Of a stretch of DNA of 64,000 nt, positions 41,428-51,807 are shown piece after piece. Within the stretch, counting starts at the first letter, position 1, and each line of letters opens with the position of its first letter. The position numbers and the translations under genes were made by a program. Source of the stretch: an uncultured delta proteobacterium (GTDB lineage Bacteria > Myxococcota_A > Polyangia > Polyangiales > Polyangiaceae). The notes below the pieces were generated by a model that saw only the letters and a list, made by a program, of their open reading frames with translations, made no database searches and was not told the DNA's origin. The stretch is from the NCBI GenBank assembly GCA_963782055.1, contig CAWAIF010000003.1, forward strand, positions 928,001-992,000, written 5' to 3'.

Positions 41428-43677
41428 TCAGTCGGCGCCCGCGTCGGCCGGCGGCGCCGGACACGTGCTCAGACTCTGCACCCACTGCGTGAGCACGCCG
41501 ACGCCCGCGGTGTCCACCATGCTCGTGGCGAGCGGTGGCATGCGGTACGCGTCCAGCCGTGACGGCCGCTGCACCAGCAGCGACTTCGCCGGATCGCCGG
41601 GCGCGATGATCTTCGCCCCTGCGATCCCCAGATCCCCCGCGCTCGGGTCGACGCCGCACGCCATCGCCGAAGCGAGCGGGGTGCCGAAGCGGAAGTCCAT
41701 GCTCCCGCCGCCGCCCGCGTTGGGCCGGTGGCACATCGAGCAGTTGACGTGCAGGTACGCGCGGGCGCGCGCGTCGAGAGGCCCGGAGCCGAGCGGGTCG
41801 GGGTAGGCCACGAGCTGGTCCACCGGCGCCGGCAGCGGCGTCGAGAACATGCCGATGTGATCCAGCGTGGCCATCTGGTTGGAGAGGCGGTTGGTCTCCG
41901 GGTAGGTGAAGTCGTGATTGAGCTGCCCGATCTCCGGCCCCAGGCTCGTGTTGGCCGCCTGCGTGTGGCAGCGGAAGCACTCCGCGCGGCTGGGGAAGTA
42001 CCAGGTCTGCCCGCCGACATCCTTCGACTTGCTGGAGGGAAGGAGCGTCGCGTCCGTCTGCGCATCGTTCCACTCGTAGCTGTAGCCGCCCCACCCACCG
42101 TCGTCGTGGCGGACGAACAGGCGCGTCTCCACGCGCTTGCCGCCGACGTCGAACTCCTTCACCAGCACCGTGCCGATGGGGAAGTCGAAGTCGCCGTCGG
42201 GCAGCAGGGTGATCGTCTTGCCGTCGGGAAGCGCCATCCAGCGGTGCTTCTCCGCGCCGTCGCTCCACAGGCGGCTCGACGGCTCGTAGGGGATGAGTCC
42301 CGGCGCGGCCTTCGTCGGGTCGCCGGGGTCGACGCAGCCGGTCTTGGAGAGGGTGGCGGGGAAGGTGTCCGGCGGCGTCGGGCCGGAGGCCACGAGCTGG
42401 TAGACCGCCCCGTACAGGGAGACCGCGAAGACCTCGCCGTCCTGATCCTGCGCGAAGTCCACCCAGCCTCCGCCGCCGCCGTTGGGGACATCGGCGACGA
42501 CAGGCTTGCCCTGCGCGTCCACCGTCAGGCTCCACACCTTGCCGCTGCCGTTGTCGCCGAAGACGTAGGTGCCGACGAAGGAGGGGATGGCCTTGCCGCG
42601 GTAGACCACGCCGCCGATGACCGCGTTGCCCTGCGAGTGATCGTAGTTCCAGATGGGATCGATCAGCCCCGCGGTCGGGCAGTTGGTCGCGGGGCTGTAG
42701 CAGTGCTGCCCCTCGCGCACGTTCCAGCCGTAGTCGCCGCCGGCGCTCACGCCGAGGTCGATCTCCTCCCAGAGGTTCTGTCCGACGTCGCCCACCACGA
42801 CCTGGTCGGTCGCCATGTCCACGCTGAAGCGGAAGGGGTTGCGGAAGCCGTAGGCGAAGGTCGCCGGCTCGCCGCCGGCGCTGGCGAAGGGGTTGCCCGG
42901 CGGGATGCCGTAGGTCTTGCCCTGCGGGACGTTGTCCACGTCCAGCCGCAGGATCTTGGAGAAGAAGAGGTTGGTGTTCTGCCCGTGGCCGAGCGGGTCG
43001 CCGCCGGAGCCGCCGTCGCCGAAGGAGCAGTACAGGTAGCCGTCGCTGCCGAAGTTCAGGTCGCCGCCGTCGTGGTTGGTGTACGGCTGGTCGAAGGAGA
43101 GGAGCTCCTTGTAGCTGGCCGCGGGGAAGGTCTTGCCGCCGTCGGTGCTGGTCATCTCCGCGATGACCGAGCGCATGTTGGCGGCGGAGGTGCCGCTCGT
43201 GGTGGTGAAGGAGATGTAGACCTTGCCGTTCTGGGCGAACTTTGGGTGAAAGGCCATCCCGAGGAAGCCGCCCTCGCCGGCGGTCTGCAGCGGCTTGGGG
43301 ATGGTGAGGACCGTCGTCTTGGTGGCGTCCACAGGGTTCTGCGCGTCGAAGGAGACGGCGGTGCCGCTGCGCAGCGCCGCGAACCAGCGCGAGCCGTCCC
43401 CGGGGATCTGCGTGAGCAGCATCGGCGTGTTGAGGGTCAGCCCGGGAAAGACCTTCTTCAGCTCCACCGCCGAGGGCGCCTGCGGCCGCGCCGGCGCGAG
43501 GCACGTCGTGTTGGAAGGCCGCGCGTCGAGCCCGAACGGCGCGGGCGTGGGACCGGTCTCCACCGCCGCGTCCGGCCCGCCGCTCGTGCTGTCGTCGCCG
43601 CCGCACCCGCCCGCCGCCGCCGCAGCCAGAAGGCAGACGGCGGCGCATGCCCCCACGAAGCCACACTTCCACCGCAT
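41428..43677 (-). CDS. PQQ-dependent sugar dehydrogenase-like lipoprotein fused to a dihaem cytochrome c region
   Basis: GEGGFLGMAFHP, NHDGG, GFRNP and GDVGQ, plus CFRCH and CSMCH haem motifs. Confidence 0.88.
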   Translation of the reverse strand: MRWKCGFVGACAAVCLLAAAAAGGCGGDDSTSGGPDAAVETGPTPAPFGLDARPSNTTCLAPARPQAPSAVELKKVFPGLTLNTPMLLTQIPGDGSRWFAALRSGTAVSFDAQNPVDATKTTVLTIPKPLQTAGEGGFLGMAFHPKFAQNGKVYISFTTTSGTSAANMRSVIAEMTSTDGGKTFPAASYKELLSFDQPYTNHDGGDLNFGSDGYLYCSFGDGGSGGDPLGHGQNTNLFFSKILRLDVDNVPQGKTYGIPPGNPFASAGGEPATFAYGFRNPFRFSVDMATDQVVVGDVGQNLWEEIDLGVSAGGDYGWNVREGQHCYSPATNCPTAGLIDPIWNYDHSQGNAVIGGVVYRGKAIPSFVGTYVFGDNGSGKVWSLTVDAQGKPVVADVPNGGGGGWVDFAQDQDGEVFAVSLYGAVYQLVASGPTPPDTFPATLSKTGCVDPGDPTKAAPGLIPYEPSSRLWSDGAEKHRWMALPDGKTITLLPDGDFDFPIGTVLVKEFDVGGKRVETRLFVRHDDGGWGGYSYEWNDAQTDATLLPSSKSKDVGGQTWYFPSRAECFRCHTQAANTSLGPEIGQLNHDFTYPETNRLSNQMATLDHIGMFSTPLPAPVDQLVAYPDPLGSGPLDARARAYLHVNCSMCHRPNAGGGGSMDFRFGTPLASAMACGVDPSAGDLGIAGAKIIAPGDPAKSLLVQRPSRLDAYRMPPLATSMVDTAGVGVLTQWVQSLSTCPAPPADAGAD

Positions 43678-43754
43678 GCCGTCAGCGTATCACGCACCAC
43701 GGCCGAGCCAGGAGCGTTACAGACGCGCTCATCCGGGCTTGATACCCTGGAGGC

Positions 43755-45230
43755 GTGGGCGCGGACGTCTTCGGACTTGGAGGTCACGTCATCGACGGAC
43801 AGTTCCATGTCATGGACGTCGTCGGCGAGGGCGGGTTCTCGGTCGTCTACCGCGGGCAGCACCTGTCGCTGAAGGAGCCCATCGCGATCAAGTGCCTGAA
43901 GATCAGGACCAAGCAGAAGAGCGAGAAGCTCGTGCAGTCCTTCACCCAGCGCTTCTGGGACGAGAGCCGCATCATGTACCGGCTCTCGCAGGGCAACCTG
44001 GACATCGTGCGGTGCATCACCACCGGCTCCACCATCGCCCCGACGACAGGCGAGACGGTGCCGTACATGGTGCTGGAGTGGCTGGAGGGCGTCTCGCTCG
44101 CCCAGGACTTGCGGCAGCGCCGGGCCGAGCAGCGCCAGGGCCGCACGCCGGAGGAGCTCATCGAGCTCTTCGAGCCGGCGGCGACCGCCATCGCCTACGC
44201 GCACTCGCAGGGCATCGTGCACCGCGACGTCAAGCCGGGGAACCTCTTCGTGCACGCCACGCGCGCGGGCCAGCGCCTGAAGGTGCTGGACTTCGGCATG
44301 GCCAAGATCCTCGAGCCGCAGGCCATGGGCGGGATGCAGGGCGCGGCCACGCTGACCAACTTCATGGTCGCCTCGCCGCAGTACGCGACGCCGGAGCAGC
44401 TCGACCCGCACCACGGCGCCATCGGTCCGTGGACCGACGTCTACGCCTTCGCGCTCATCCTCGTCGAGGCCATGCTGGACCGTCGCCTGCGCTCGGCCGA
44501 CACCCTCACCAATCTCATCGCGCAGGTCGCGCGCGGGCAGCTCACCACACCGCGCGCGATGGGGCTGCACGTGAGCGACGCGATGGAGGCGGTCTTTCGC
44601 TCCGCCCTCGCGGTGAAGTCGACGGACCGGCAGGCGGACATGGAACGGTTCTGGTCGGCCTTCACCGCGTCGGCGAAGGCGCCCGCCCCCGCCGCGCGTC
44701 AGGATTTCGCGCAGACCGTCGCGTCGCCGCCGCCCCAGGCGGAGCCGCCGCGACCGGCGGCCGCGCTCGGTCAGACGCTGCCGCTCTCCGCCGTGCGCTC
44801 GCGGGTGGTCGGTCGTCAGGCGGCGGGCCAGGGTGGCACCGCGCTGATGCCGAACCAGAGCGCCATGGAGCTCGTCGCCGCGGCGCGCGCCAACCGGGCG
44901 GCGTCGCAGCCCCCGCCCGCCGGGCCGAAGGCCCCGAGTCCCATGGCGGGTACCGTGGGCGGGCCGCCGCCCGCGCAGGCGCTGTCCCAGCAGCCGGCGA
45001 ACGTCGTACCCGCGTGGGCCACCGCGCTGCCGCACTCGCGGGTGACACCACCTCCTCCTGGCCCCGCCCCGCCCTTCGCGCCTGCCGCGTCGGAGCCGCC
45101 GCCCGCGCTCGCCCCGCCCGCGCCCTCCCGCCCGGCCTGGCTGTGGGTGGTCGTCGCGATCAGCATCCTGGCGCTGCTGGGCAGCGTGGGCGTGATCGCG
45201 TACGTCATGCTGGTCGCGCGCACACGATGA
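43755..45230 (+). CDS. Ser/Thr protein kinase with C-terminal TM
   Basis: GEGGFSVVY, HRDVKPGN, DFG and YATPEQ. Confidence 0.92.
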   Translation: MGADVFGLGGHVIDGQFHVMDVVGEGGFSVVYRGQHLSLKEPIAIKCLKIRTKQKSEKLVQSFTQRFWDESRIMYRLSQGNLDIVRCITTGSTIAPTTGETVPYMVLEWLEGVSLAQDLRQRRAEQRQGRTPEELIELFEPAATAIAYAHSQGIVHRDVKPGNLFVHATRAGQRLKVLDFGMAKILEPQAMGGMQGAATLTNFMVASPQYATPEQLDPHHGAIGPWTDVYAFALILVEAMLDRRLRSADTLTNLIAQVARGQLTTPRAMGLHVSDAMEAVFRSALAVKSTDRQADMERFWSAFTASAKAPAPAARQDFAQTVASPPPQAEPPRPAAALGQTLPLSAVRSRVVGRQAAGQGGTALMPNQSAMELVAAARANRAASQPPPAGPKAPSPMAGTVGGPPPAQALSQQPANVVPAWATALPHSRVTPPPPGPAPPFAPAASEPPPALAPPAPSRPAWLWVVVAISILALLGSVGVIAYVMLVARTR

Positions 45231-45307
45231 GGGTGCCAGGCACCCACACGGCCCGGTCGCGCGCTCCGGACGGACGTGGGGGCTCCGCCCATGCTACAGA
45301 ATCGGCC

Positions 45308-46591
45308 ATGGCCGGCACGCGATCTCGAGAGCTCTTCGCGCGCGCACAGCGCGTCATCCCCGGTGGCGTCAACAGCCCGGTGCGCGCCTTCCGCGCCGTC
45401 GGCGGCGAGCCGCTCTTCATCGCCCGCGCGGCCGGGGCGAAGCTCTGGGACGCGGATGGTGTACAATACACGGATTACGTCGGCTCCTGGGGGCCGATGA
45501 TCCTCGGCCACGCGTACCCCGCGGTGGTGGAGGCCGTGACGAGCGCCGCCAACAACGGCACCAGCTACGGCGCCCCCACCGAGCTGGAGGTCCGCTTCGC
45601 CGAGAAGCTCGTCGAGCTCTACCCGTCGATCGAGATGGTGCGCGCCACCTCCAGCGGCACCGAGGCGACGATGGCCGCCATCCGCGTCGCGCGCGGCTTC
45701 ACCGGCCGCGACGTCGTGGTGAAGTTCGAGGGCTGTTACCACGGCCACGCCGACTTCCTCCTCGTCAAGGCGGGCTCCGGCCTCGCCACCTTCGGCGTGC
45801 CCGACTCCGCCGGTGTCCCCGCCGGGATCGCCGGCACGACGGCCACGCTTCCGTACAACGACGTGGCCAAGCTGAAGGCCCTCTTCGAGGCGCGCGGCGA
45901 GGAGATCGCCGCGGTGATCGTCGAGCCGGTCGTCGGCAACATGGGCTGCGTCCCGCCGGAGCCCGGCTTCCTGCAGGCCATCGTCGACGTGTGCAAGACG
46001 CACGGCGCGGTCAGCATCTTCGACGAGGTGATGACCGGCTGCCGCGTCGCGCGCGGCGGGATGCAGGAGCGCGCGGGCGTGCGCCCCGACATGACGTGCC
46101 TCGGCAAGGTCGTCGGCGGCGGGTTGCCGCTGGCGGCGTACGGCGGGCGCCGAGAGATCATGGAGAAGGTGGCGCCGCTCGGGCCGGTCTACCAGGCGGG
46201 CACGCTGAGCGGGAATCCGGTCGCGGTGAGCGCCGGGCTCGCGACCCTCGAGCACCTCAACGACAAGGTCTACGCCTACCTGGAGAAGCTCGGCGCCGCG
46301 CTCGAGTCGGGGATGCGCGCGGCGCTCGCGAAGACGAAGGTGGAGGGCTGCGTGCAGCGCGTCGGGGCGATGACGACGCTCTTCTTCACCGCCGGGCCGG
46401 TGCGCTCGTGGGACGACGCGAAGAAGGCGGACACGGCGCGCTTCGGCCGCTGGCACCAGGCCATGCTGGCGCACGGCCAGTACTGGCCGCCCTCCCAGTT
46501 CGAGGCGGCGTTCCTGAGCGCCGCGCACTCCGAAGAGGACGTGGCGAAGACGGTGGCCGCCTGCGAGGCGGCGCTCGCGGCGATCGGCTGA
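45308..46591 (+). CDS. hemL: glutamate-1-semialdehyde 2,1-aminomutase
   Basis: PGGVNSPVRAF, SGTEATM, FEGCYHGH, FDEVMTG and YQAGTLSGNP. Confidence 0.97.
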   Translation: MAGTRSRELFARAQRVIPGGVNSPVRAFRAVGGEPLFIARAAGAKLWDADGVQYTDYVGSWGPMILGHAYPAVVEAVTSAANNGTSYGAPTELEVRFAEKLVELYPSIEMVRATSSGTEATMAAIRVARGFTGRDVVVKFEGCYHGHADFLLVKAGSGLATFGVPDSAGVPAGIAGTTATLPYNDVAKLKALFEARGEEIAAVIVEPVVGNMGCVPPEPGFLQAIVDVCKTHGAVSIFDEVMTGCRVARGGMQERAGVRPDMTCLGKVVGGGLPLAAYGGRREIMEKVAPLGPVYQAGTLSGNPVAVSAGLATLEHLNDKVYAYLEKLGAALESGMRAALAKTKVEGCVQRVGAMTTLFFTAGPVRSWDDAKKADTARFGRWHQAMLAHGQYWPPSQFEAAFLSAAHSEEDVAKTVAACEAALAAIG

Positions 46592-46740
46592 GGGCCCCTC
46601 CGCCCGCGCGCGATTTGCACGAGGTACCCCCGCCGCGCCCGCCTTTTGCGAGTCGCCGCGTGTCTTGCGCCCGGCCGCCGTGGACACGCCAGAAGATCGC
46701 GTCCGTCCGCGGCGGCACGCGCCGTGCTCAGTCCAGAGTC

Positions 46741-47172
46741 ATGCAGCGCACGGTCGGCCCAAGGCCCCCCGCACCACGTGTCCTGCTCGCCGAGGACGAC
46801 GAGCCCACGCGGATTGTCCTGGCCGAGGCGCTGCGGAGCATGGGGCTGAGCGTCGTCGACGTGGCCGACGGTGGCCGCATGCTGGTCAGCGTGGCCACCC
46901 GCTACCGGGAGCCCGCGGAGCCCGACGTCGACCTCATCGTGACCGACGTGCGGATGCCGGTGTGCAGCGGGCTGGACATCGTCGAGGCGCTCCGCGCGGC
47001 GAAGTGGCGTACGCCGGTCATCTTCGTGACCGGCCACGCCACCCCGTGGGTGCTGGAGATGGCGGAGCGACTCGGCGCCACCGTCATGCTCAAGCCGCTG
47101 GACCTGGAGAGCTTCGAGAAGAAGGTGCGCGACCTGCTCACCGTCTCGCGCACCCCCAGGGTGATGCAGTGA
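46741..47172 (+). CDS. single-domain response regulator
   Basis: LLAEDD, VTDVRMP, FVTG and LKP. Confidence 0.9.
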   Translation: MQRTVGPRPPAPRVLLAEDDEPTRIVLAEALRSMGLSVVDVADGGRMLVSVATRYREPAEPDVDLIVTDVRMPVCSGLDIVEALRAAKWRTPVIFVTGHATPWVLEMAERLGATVMLKPLDLESFEKKVRDLLTVSRTPRVMQ

Positions 47173-47224
47173 GCTTCCCCACGACACACCTCCCGGCGTC
47201 CCTACCTTCTGGTAGTGTGCTGGC

Positions 47225-48607
47225 ATGCGTAGCATTTCTACCGGGAAGCTCGGTGTTCTCATCGGGTTCGGCATGGGCGCCTCCGCGGCGATCTTCGCCT
47301 GTGTGGGGGACTCGCCCGTCACTCAGGGGCCGGACGCCGGGTCGGATGCCAGCGGCGCGGACGTGGCGGACACGGGGCCGCCCTCCATCATCGAGGTCGC
47401 GGCCGGGCGCACGCACGCCTGCGCGCTCGCGAGCGACGGCGCCGTCTACTGCTGGGGTGACGACAGCGCCGGCCAGGCGGGCCTGGACCCCGCCGGTGCG
47501 GACGTATCGCATTGTGACTTCTCGGCCGGAGGTGGCGGGAGCGTTCCCTGCGTGACCAAGCCGACCCGCGTCGCCGGCCTGGCGCCGATGAAGCACCTGG
47601 CGCGCCGGCTGGGGGAGGGCTTCTCGTGCGCATACGACGACACCGCGGTCTACTGCTGGGGACAGAACGACCTCGGGCAGCTCGGGCACGCGCCGGGCGC
47701 CTCGGGTGACGGGAGCTGCAAGTCCTACGCAGGCAGCCAGGCCACGCAGGTCAACTGCAACTTCACGCCCCAGCCCACGGGTCTGCAGGCGTCGTCGATC
47801 AGCCAGGTGGCCTCGAGCTGGATCCACTCCTGCGCGGTCGCCGGCGGCCAGGTGTACTGCTGGGGAGACGACTCGCGCGAGCAGCTCGGCACTGCGGCGC
47901 CCCCTCCCGCCGGCAACGCCTTCAACGTGAAGCTCGCCGACGTGGCGCAGGTGTCGGCCGGTGGCGCGTCGACTTGTGCGGTCAACAACGCCGGCGACGT
48001 CTTTTGCTGGGGATCGAACCTGTACGGCCAGCTCGGGCATCCGCCCAGCACCGCCGGCGACGCCGACTGTCAGGGCATTCCCTGCACGCCCACTCCTTCG
48101 AAGGTCCCCCTCGGGGAGGCGACCGCGGAGGTGGAGACCTCCGGCCAGGCAACGTACTTCCGCAACGCGGGGCAGAGCCTCCTCGTGATGGGTACCAACG
48201 CCAACGGCGAGTACGCGACGGCGAGTACGCCTGACGCGGGTGTGCCGGTGCAGATCCCCGGACTACAGGTCTCCAGCATCAGCGCGGACTTCACGGAGTG
48301 CGTGGTCGACTTCCAGCACAACCTGAAGTGCTGGGGACGCAACGACTTCGGCGCGCTGGGACCGGCGACTCCAGGCGCGCCGGTGACGACCCCGGTGACG
48401 ATCATCTCCAATCAGGACACGCTCGCGGTCAGCACGAGCAACACGTACCTGGTCGCGCTGACCATCGATCACAAGGTGCTGGCGGCGGGAGACAACACCC
48501 TGGGGGAGCTGGGGCACGCGCCCGGCCAGAGCGGCGACACCGGCTGCGGCAACCAGAACAAGGCGTGGTGCAACTCGACGCCGGTGCAGGTCACCGGCCT
48601 GCCGTGA
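47225..48607 (+). CDS. RCC1-repeat lipoprotein
   Basis: IFAC lipobox and repeated VYCWG.N..GQLG. Confidence 0.9.
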   Translation: MRSISTGKLGVLIGFGMGASAAIFACVGDSPVTQGPDAGSDASGADVADTGPPSIIEVAAGRTHACALASDGAVYCWGDDSAGQAGLDPAGADVSHCDFSAGGGGSVPCVTKPTRVAGLAPMKHLARRLGEGFSCAYDDTAVYCWGQNDLGQLGHAPGASGDGSCKSYAGSQATQVNCNFTPQPTGLQASSISQVASSWIHSCAVAGGQVYCWGDDSREQLGTAAPPPAGNAFNVKLADVAQVSAGGASTCAVNNAGDVFCWGSNLYGQLGHPPSTAGDADCQGIPCTPTPSKVPLGEATAEVETSGQATYFRNAGQSLLVMGTNANGEYATASTPDAGVPVQIPGLQVSSISADFTECVVDFQHNLKCWGRNDFGALGPATPGAPVTTPVTIISNQDTLAVSTSNTYLVALTIDHKVLAAGDNTLGELGHAPGQSGDTGCGNQNKAWCNSTPVQVTGLP

Positions 48608-48628
48608 CCGCGCGGCGAGGCCCCCGCC

Positions 48629-49267
48629 TCAGTAGGCGACGGTGAAGCGGCTGCGGACGTGCTTGGGGTGCTCCAGCTCGTCGACGACGGCGGCCGCGTA
48701 GTCCGGGATGGAGATGCGGCTCGCGCCGGTGGCGTCGACCAGAAGATCGTCCCCGCCCACGCGGAAGGTGCCGGTGCGCTGGCCGGGCTCGACGAGCGCG
48801 GCGGGGCTGACGCAGGTCCACGCCAGATCGCTCACCTGGCGGTACACGTTGAGCGCGTTGCGGTGGGCGATGGCGACGGCCCGCCAGTCCGCCGGGAAAT
48901 CGGGTGAGTCCAGCAGGTCGACGCCCCTCGCGGTGCGCAGGCTGCCGGCGCCGCCCACGACGAGCACCCGCTTCACGCCAGCCTTCCGCGCCCCGGCGAC
49001 GAGCGCGTGCGCGACGTCCACCAGCAAATCGGCCGGTTGGTTGGCTGCCGGGCCGACCGCGCTCACGATCGCCTCGTGTCCACGCGCCACGCGCGCCACG
49101 GCGTTGGCGTTGCTCACGTCGGCCGTGGCGCGATGAAGTCTCGCCTCCGCGGCGGCGATCTTGCCGACGTGCCTCGCGACGGCCGTGACGCCGTGGCCGC
49201 GTCGCAGCGCTTCCTGGACGATGGCGCCGCCGATTTTGCCGGTGGCGCCGAAGACAATCAGCTTCAA
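48629..49267 (-). CDS. NAD(P)H-binding oxidoreductase (YwnB-like)
   Basis: VFGATGKIG, VVGGAGSL and SRISIPDYA. TTG start with a GAGG RBS. Confidence 0.9.
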   Translation of the reverse strand: MKLIVFGATGKIGGAIVQEALRRGHGVTAVARHVGKIAAAEARLHRATADVSNANAVARVARGHEAIVSAVGPAANQPADLLVDVAHALVAGARKAGVKRVLVVGGAGSLRTARGVDLLDSPDFPADWRAVAIAHRNALNVYRQVSDLAWTCVSPAALVEPGQRTGTFRVGGDDLLVDATGASRISIPDYAAAVVDELEHPKHVRSRFTVAY

Positions 49268-49444
49268 GGGGACCTCCTCTTGCTCCCGGTGCGCAAGCTG
49301 CGGTCGGCTTCAAGACGACTCCTCACTTCGATGCTCGCGGGGCCGGCACGTTGTGCCGCGGGGTCGGCGCGGGTCGGGGCTCCGCGTGCGGCGCGCCCCG
49401 GCAGGGCGGGCTTCGCTCGCCGCGCCCCCGCGGCGATGAAGTGT

Positions 49445-49690
49445 CTACTTGGACATGAGGAAGGCGTGGAGGATGCCGTCCTGCGAGGCGACGAGGAGGC
49501 GGCGGGAGGCGACGGAGAGCCAGCCACCGTACGCGGCGGTCCAGGCCTGCTTGTGCGTCGCGATGTTGACGGCGTAGACGTTCTTGTCGCTCGCGACATA
49601 GACGTACCCGGCCGCGATGACCGGCGGGAGCTTGAGGGAGCCGTCCCCGGAGAAGGTCCAGGCGAGCGAGCCGTCCTGCGCGAACCGCGG
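49445..49690 (-). pseudogene. C-terminal fragment of a PQQ-like beta-propeller protein
   Basis: GSLAWTF...YVYVAS...VYAVN...AWT blades with no credible N-terminus. The upstream DNA belongs to the divergent gene. Confidence 0.55.
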
Positions 49691-49724
49691 CCACCTGGGG
49701 TAGCATGGGGGGAGGAGGTCTCCC

Positions 49725-50816
49725 ATGCGCGTGCTCTCGCTCTCGCTCCTTCTTTGCCTCGCGGTCGCGTGCGGCGGGGACGACTCCGCCGGCACGCCCG
49801 ACGCCGGCGGCGCGGACTCCGGGACCACCCCCGACGGCTCCAGCCCGCCGGATGGCTCCACCTCGCCCGACGCGTCCACCTCTCCCGACGCCGCCGCGCC
49901 GAGCGGGCTCGCCGCGCAGTACCCGGGCGACGTCGGCATCGACTCCGACCCGGCCGTCGTGTGGCACGAGCCCTTCGAGGAAGGGTCGGTCGGCGCCGTG
50001 ACCGCGCGCTACGACGACTTCAAGAACGCGCCGGGCATGACGCTGGTCGCCGACGTGCCGCCGAAGAGCTCCGGCAAGGCGTCGATGAAGCTCGTGGCGG
50101 GCGGCAACCAGAGCGCGACCGACCTCTTCAAGGAGCTCACCAACGGGAGCGGCGGCTACGAGGAGTGGTACGTGCGCTGGTACGCCAAGTACCAGAAGGG
50201 CGTCCCGTGGCACCACACCGGCGTCTGGTTCGGCGGCTACGATCCGGCCTCCAAGTACCCCAACCCGCAGGCGGGGCTGAAGCCCAACGGCGACGACCGC
50301 TTCTCCGTCTCCATCGAGCCGGTGTGGGACATCGGCGGGCCGAACCCGCGCTTCGACACGTACGACTACTGGATGCAGATGCACTCCTGGATGGCGCAGC
50401 CGCAGGGCAACACTGCCTATTACGGCAACGCGGTCATCCACAAGAACTCCTTCACGCTCGACGAGGAGCAGTGGGTGTGCGTCGAGGTGCACGTGAAGCT
50501 CAACACCGACACCGCCTCCGGCGGCGGCGGGGTGCTGGAGGTGTGGAAGAACGACGCGCTCGTCCAGAGCTTCACCGACCAGGGACCGAAGGGGTACTGG
50601 ATCAAGGACAAGTTCTGCACGCCCGACGCCGACGGCACCGAGTGCACCGACTACCCCGCGCCCTTCGACACCGTGCTCGACCTGCAGATGCGCTCCACCA
50701 GCGCCCTGAAGCTGAACGCCTTCTGGCCGCAGAACTACATCACCGACAACGCCACCGGCGCGGTGCAGTACGACGACATGATCGTCGCGACCAAGCGAAT
50801 CGGCTGCCTGCAGTAG
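49725..50816 (+). CDS. lipoprotein with a concanavalin/polysaccharide-lyase-like beta-sandwich
   Basis: AVAC lipobox, PDG linker, WYVRWYAKY, WVCVEVHVKLN and YDDMIVA. Confidence 0.75.
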   Translation: MRVLSLSLLLCLAVACGGDDSAGTPDAGGADSGTTPDGSSPPDGSTSPDASTSPDAAAPSGLAAQYPGDVGIDSDPAVVWHEPFEEGSVGAVTARYDDFKNAPGMTLVADVPPKSSGKASMKLVAGGNQSATDLFKELTNGSGGYEEWYVRWYAKYQKGVPWHHTGVWFGGYDPASKYPNPQAGLKPNGDDRFSVSIEPVWDIGGPNPRFDTYDYWMQMHSWMAQPQGNTAYYGNAVIHKNSFTLDEEQWVCVEVHVKLNTDTASGGGGVLEVWKNDALVQSFTDQGPKGYWIKDKFCTPDADGTECTDYPAPFDTVLDLQMRSTSALKLNAFWPQNYITDNATGAVQYDDMIVATKRIGCLQ

Positions 50817-50870
50817 GTCGCGCGGACCACCGGGGAAGCGGACCTGACCTGGCCCGCCACGTCGGCTATC

Positions 50871-51797
50871 ATGGTCCGGATGCACCGGGCCCTGGGTCGT
50901 CTCGTCCTCCTCGGAGGCGTCGTGTCGGGCGCCGGCGTCCTGGCGATCGCCTGCGGACTCGACCCCAGCGGGCTGGCGGATCTGGACGGGGGGGTCGGCG
51001 ATCACGACGATGGCGGCGCCGGCGCCGATGCGTTCGACCTGCCGGAGGCGTGCAGCTCGCTCGACGCCAGCGCGTGCCTCGGCGCGCTGCCCGCCGGGTG
51101 GCAGCCGGTCTCGGTCGGATCGTCCTGCCCCGCCGGCTACCAGGCCGTGCCGTTCGTGACCGACCCGAGCGTGCCCGACGGCGGCTGCACGTGCGGCGCG
51201 TGCACGGTGAGCGGCACGTACTCCTGCGACGCGTCGGTCCCGATTTCGGGCGGCAACGGCTGCGGGGACAACCCCTTCGCGAACGCGACGCCCGGGCAGT
51301 GCAGCAACGTGAACCAGACGCAGCACCTCAAGGCGCACCTGGTGAAGGCGACCGGCAGCGTCTCCTGCTCCGCGCCGAACGACGCCGGTAGCGGCGCCGT
51401 GGCGACGCCGACGACCGTCTGCGTCCCGGGCTGCGACGTCGACTTCTGCGCCGGCGCCTCCCTCTGCGCGATGGCGGACGGACATCGCGCCTGCCCGCCG
51501 GGCCTGCCGCGCTCGCTCTACGTCGGCACCGGCGCCGACCCGGGGTGCGCGCCCTGCGGGTGCGACGCGAGCGCTCCGGAGAACTGCGCCGGCACCGTCA
51601 CCGCGTACTACGGCAACGACTGCACGCCCGGCGACGAGGCGGGGACCTGGCCGGTCGACACCTGCCAGTACATCCAGGCCAAGTACAAGAGCGTACACGT
51701 CGACCTCACCGCGCCGCCGGCGACGTGCACCGTGGCGAGCGCCACGGTCGAGGGCGACGCGAGCCTCATCGGCGAGAAGACCGTCTGCTGCCAGTGA
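50871..51797 (+). CDS. Cys-rich lipoprotein
   Basis: AIAC lipobox, CTCGAC/CGC motifs and terminal TVCC. Confidence 0.8.
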   Translation: MVRMHRALGRLVLLGGVVSGAGVLAIACGLDPSGLADLDGGVGDHDDGGAGADAFDLPEACSSLDASACLGALPAGWQPVSVGSSCPAGYQAVPFVTDPSVPDGGCTCGACTVSGTYSCDASVPISGGNGCGDNPFANATPGQCSNVNQTQHLKAHLVKATGSVSCSAPNDAGSGAVATPTTVCVPGCDVDFCAGASLCAMADGHRACPPGLPRSLYVGTGADPGCAPCGCDASAPENCAGTVTAYYGNDCTPGDEAGTWPVDTCQYIQAKYKSVHVDLTAPPATCTVASATVEGDASLIGEKTVCCQ

Positions 51798-51807
51798 GCG
51801 CGCCGGA

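Noticed and set aside
49335..49437. GC-rich possible REP element
   Set aside because: Imperfect pairing and no second copy found in the window.
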